The notes beneath the pieces are model-generated. The model was not told where the DNA came from and made no database searches. It worked only from the letters and a program-made list of their open reading frames with translations. 64,000 nucleotides of DNA from Escherichia phage vB_Eco_OMNI12, in the sequence record OL362041.1, one strand, 5' to 3'. Below are positions 58,143 to 64,000 of the stretch, piece after piece; position 1 is the stretch's first letter; every line of letters starts with the position of its first letter. The translations under genes and the position numbers were made by a program.

Positions 58143-59689
58143 GTAACAATACATATCAGCACGTATCAAATGAATCAAAATATGTTAAATTCGATCCTAC
58201 TGGATCGAATTTTCCTGGCACTGTTACGACAGTACAGTCTGCATTATCAAAAATAAGTAATATCGGCGTAAATGGTATTCCTGATGCAACTATGGAAGTT
58301 AAAGGAATAGCAATGATTGCATCAGAGCAAGAGGTTTTAGATGGAACAAATAATTCTAAAATCGTTACACCAGCTACATTAGCAACAAGATTATTGTATC
58401 CAAATGCTACTGAAACTAAATATGGTTTAACGCGCTATTCAACAAATGAAGAAACATTAGAAGGCTCAGATAATAATTCATCAATAACGCCGCAAAAACT
58501 GAAATACCATACTGATGATGTGTTCCGAAATAGATATTCATCTGAGTCATCAAACGGGGTTATTAAAATATCATCTACGCCTGCGGCTTTGGCTGGTGTT
58601 GATGATACTACGGCGATGACTCCGCTAAAAACCCAAAAACTCGCAATAAAATTAATTTCACAAATAGCTCCTTCCGAAGATACTGCATCAGAATCTGTGA
58701 GAGGTGTGGTTCAATTATCAACTGTTGCGCAAACTCGTCAAGGAACTCTCCGCGAAGGATATGCAATTTCTCCGTATACCTTTATGAATTCTGTTGCAAC
58801 ACAAGAATATAAGGGTGTTATACGTTTAGGAACACAATCGGAAATTAACAGTAATTTAGGAGATGTTGCAGTAACAGGTGAAACACTAAATGGTCGAGGA
58901 GCTACTGGTTCTATGCGTGGAGTAGTTAAATTAACGACGCAAGCCGGTATTGCCCCTGAAGGTGATAGCTCTGGAGCATTAGCATGGAACGCAGATGTAA
59001 TTAATACTCGTGGTGGACAAACTATTAATGGTTCTTTAAATTTAGACCATCTTACAGCAAATGGAATTTGGTCACGCGGTGGAATGTGGAAAAATGGCGA
59101 TCAACCTGTTGCCACTGAAAGATATGCGTCCGAACGAGTTCCGGTTGGAACTATTATGATGTTTGCGGGTGATTCAGCACCTCCAGGTTGGATTATGTGT
59201 CATGGTGGAACCGTGTCAGGTGACCAATTTCCTGATTATAGAAACGTAGTTGGAACAAGATTTGGTGGCGATTGGAATAATCCTGGCGTTCCTGATATGC
59301 GGGGTCTTTTCGTCAGAGGAGCCGGCACAGGCGGTCATATTTTAAATCAACGTGGACAAGATGGCTATGGAAAGGATAGACTGGGCGTAGGATGTGACGG
59401 AATGCATGTTGGTGGTGTTCAGGCACAACAAATGTCATACCATAAACATGCTGGTGGTTGGGGTGAATATAACAGAAGTGAAGGCCCATTTGGCGCGTCA
59501 GTTTATCAAGGATATCTTGGAACTAGAAAATATTCCGACTGGGATAATGCTTCATACTTCACTAATGATGGATTTGAATTAGGTGGACCGAGAGATGCTC
59601 ATGGTACACTTAATCGTGAAGGATTAATTGGTTATGAAACTAGACCATGGAATATATCATTAAACTATATTATTAAAGTTCATTACTAA
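58139..59689 (+). CDS. 12: short tail fibre gp12
   Basis: 516 aa (T4 527); position between 11 and wac. Confidence 0.85.
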   Translation: MSNNTYQHVSNESKYVKFDPTGSNFPGTVTTVQSALSKISNIGVNGIPDATMEVKGIAMIASEQEVLDGTNNSKIVTPATLATRLLYPNATETKYGLTRYSTNEETLEGSDNNSSITPQKLKYHTDDVFRNRYSSESSNGVIKISSTPAALAGVDDTTAMTPLKTQKLAIKLISQIAPSEDTASESVRGVVQLSTVAQTRQGTLREGYAISPYTFMNSVATQEYKGVIRLGTQSEINSNLGDVAVTGETLNGRGATGSMRGVVKLTTQAGIAPEGDSSGALAWNADVINTRGGQTINGSLNLDHLTANGIWSRGGMWKNGDQPVATERYASERVPVGTIMMFAGDSAPPGWIMCHGGTVSGDQFPDYRNVVGTRFGGDWNNPGVPDMRGLFVRGAGTGGHILNQRGQDGYGKDRLGVGCDGMHVGGVQAQQMSYHKHAGGWGEYNRSEGPFGASVYQGYLGTRKYSDWDNASYFTNDGFELGGPRDAHGTLNREGLIGYETRPWNISLNYIIKVHY

Positions 59690-59698
59690 GGATTACAA

Positions 59699-61156
59699 AT
59701 GATTGAATTAAAAGAGTTACCTTTTGTTGATAGCGTTCCTGACGAAGGTCAGGAACGTATTTCATGGATTAAAAATGGTGAAGAAATATTAGGAGCTAGT
59801 ACTAAGTATGGAAATGATGGATCAATGAATAGACCAATTGTTTCCGTGTTTAAAAACGTCGAAGTTCTTGATGAAAATGTGGGAATTCTTAAAACTGCCA
59901 TTGAAACATCACAGAAAGATATTAAAACAATTCAAGGAGTTTTAGATGTATCAGGAGATATAGAAGCACTATCGCAGATCAGTGTTAATAAAAATGACAT
60001 ATCGAATTTAAAGACACTTACCAGTGAACACACTGATATATTAACTGGAACTAATAATACAGTTGACAAAATTATTGCTGATATAGGTCCATTTAATGAT
60101 GAAGAAAACTCTGTTTATAGAACAATTAGAAATGATTTATTGTGGATTAAACAGGAATTAGGACAATATTCTGGCCAAGACATTAACGGTCTTCCTGTTG
60201 TTGGTAATGCTAGCACAGGAATGAAACACAGAATAATAACAAATAGTACATTATTATCTTCACAAGGCATTCGTTTAAGTGAATTAGAAAATAAATTTAC
60301 TGAATCTGACGTAGGATCATTAACTGTTGAAGTTGGTAAATTACGTGATGAACTTGGTAATAAACCAGTAGATTTTGGGCCAAATATTTATAATAGATTA
60401 AACACCATAGATGATAAACAAACTTTAATAATTTCTGATATAGCAGAAATTAAATCTTCTATTGGATACCCAGAAAATGTTTCTATAATAACAGAAATTA
60501 ATAATAACAAAAGTAGCATTGAAGCTATTAATAATGAATTAAATCAGAGTGAAGGTGTTAAACAGCGCTTAACGGCTATTGAAACTTCTATAGGTTCAGA
60601 TGATATTCCTTCTAGTATTAAAGGAAAAATTAAAAATCACACAACTTCTATTGAGTCTTTAAACGGAATTGTTGGTGAAAACACTTCGTCTGGTTTAAGA
60701 GCGAATGTTTCGTGGTTAAATCAAATTGTTGGAACTGACTCCAGCGGAGGACAACCGTCTCCTTCTGGATCTCTATTAAATAAAGTTTCAGTGCTTGAAG
60801 GAGAAGTTTCAGTTTTAAACAATAATGTTCAAAATATACAAGTTGAAATAGGAAATAATAGAACAGGAATTAAAGGTCAAGTTATTGAACTTACTTCACT
60901 TATAAATGGAAATAATCCTGACGGATCAACTGTTGAAGAACGAGGATTAACTAATTCTATAAAAACGAATGAAACTAACATTGCGGCAGTCACGCATGAA
61001 GTAAATACAGCTAAAGACAATATATCCTCTTTACAGAGCAGCGTTCAAGCTCTACAAGAAGCGGGTTATATTCCTGAAGCTCCAAAAGATGGCCAAGCTT
61101 ACGTTCGTAAAGACGGCGAATGGGTACTACTTTCTACCTTTTTATCACCAGCATAA
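59699..61156 (+). CDS. wac: fibritin (whisker) wac
   Basis: 485 aa; heptad coiled coil; C-terminal foldon [27 protein letters not shown]. Confidence 0.9.
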   Translation: MIELKELPFVDSVPDEGQERISWIKNGEEILGASTKYGNDGSMNRPIVSVFKNVEVLDENVGILKTAIETSQKDIKTIQGVLDVSGDIEALSQISVNKNDISNLKTLTSEHTDILTGTNNTVDKIIADIGPFNDEENSVYRTIRNDLLWIKQELGQYSGQDINGLPVVGNASTGMKHRIITNSTLLSSQGIRLSELENKFTESDVGSLTVEVGKLRDELGNKPVDFGPNIYNRLNTIDDKQTLIISDIAEIKSSIGYPENVSIITEINNNKSSIEAINNELNQSEGVKQRLTAIETSIGSDDIPSSIKGKIKNHTTSIESLNGIVGENTSSGLRANVSWLNQIVGTDSSGGQPSPSGSLLNKVSVLEGEVSVLNNNVQNIQVEIGNNRTGIKGQVIELTSLINGNNPDGSTVEERGLTNSIKTNETNIAAVTHEVNTAKDNISSLQSSVQALQEAGYIPEAPKDGQAYVRKDGEWVLLSTFLSPA

Positions 61157-61159
61157 CAT

Positions 61160-61175
61160 GGGGCCGCAAGGCCCC
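61160..61175 (+). terminator. GC hairpin (GCAA loop) after wac; no U-tract
   Basis: GGGGCC-GCAA-GGCCCC. Confidence 0.35.
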
Positions 61176-61187
61176 AAAGGATTTTAA

Positions 61188-62889
<1,702 letters not shown>

Positions 62890-62930
62890 TAAATATTATA
62901 AACTAATTAAAGCCCAGATTAGGAGAAATC

Positions 62931-64000
<1,070 letters not shown>

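Overview
T4-like (Tevenvirinae, T-even) myovirus genome segment. All protein identifications were made by eye from the ORF translations and remembered T4 protein lengths and motifs; no database search was run. Positions 1-45493 carry early/middle genes, all on the minus strand, in T4 map order: 46, 47, alpha-glucosyltransferase, 55, nrdH/nrdG/nrdD, 49, nrdC, an accessory ORF block, rI, tk, regB, denV, e, nudE, a tRNA cluster with segB, an internal-protein locus, 57B (Acb1), 57A, 1, 3, 2, 4. Positions 45541-64000 carry late structural genes on the plus strand: 53, 5, 5.1, 5.4, 6-12, wac, 13-15 and the start of 16. Eight tRNAs, a tRNA-like stable-RNA region, 13 T4-type early promoters, one MotA-type middle promoter, late TATAAATA promoters and several GC-hairpin terminators are recognisable. 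The phage is probably not T4 itself: nrdD is intronless, no internal-protein genes lie between denV and e, and denV carries an in-frame TGA. The most unusual content is in the accessory blocks at 13.5-25.3 kb, 27.8-32.5 kb and 36.5-42.1 kb. Starts of several ORFs were moved to internal Met codons where the ORF-track start ran into a promoter.
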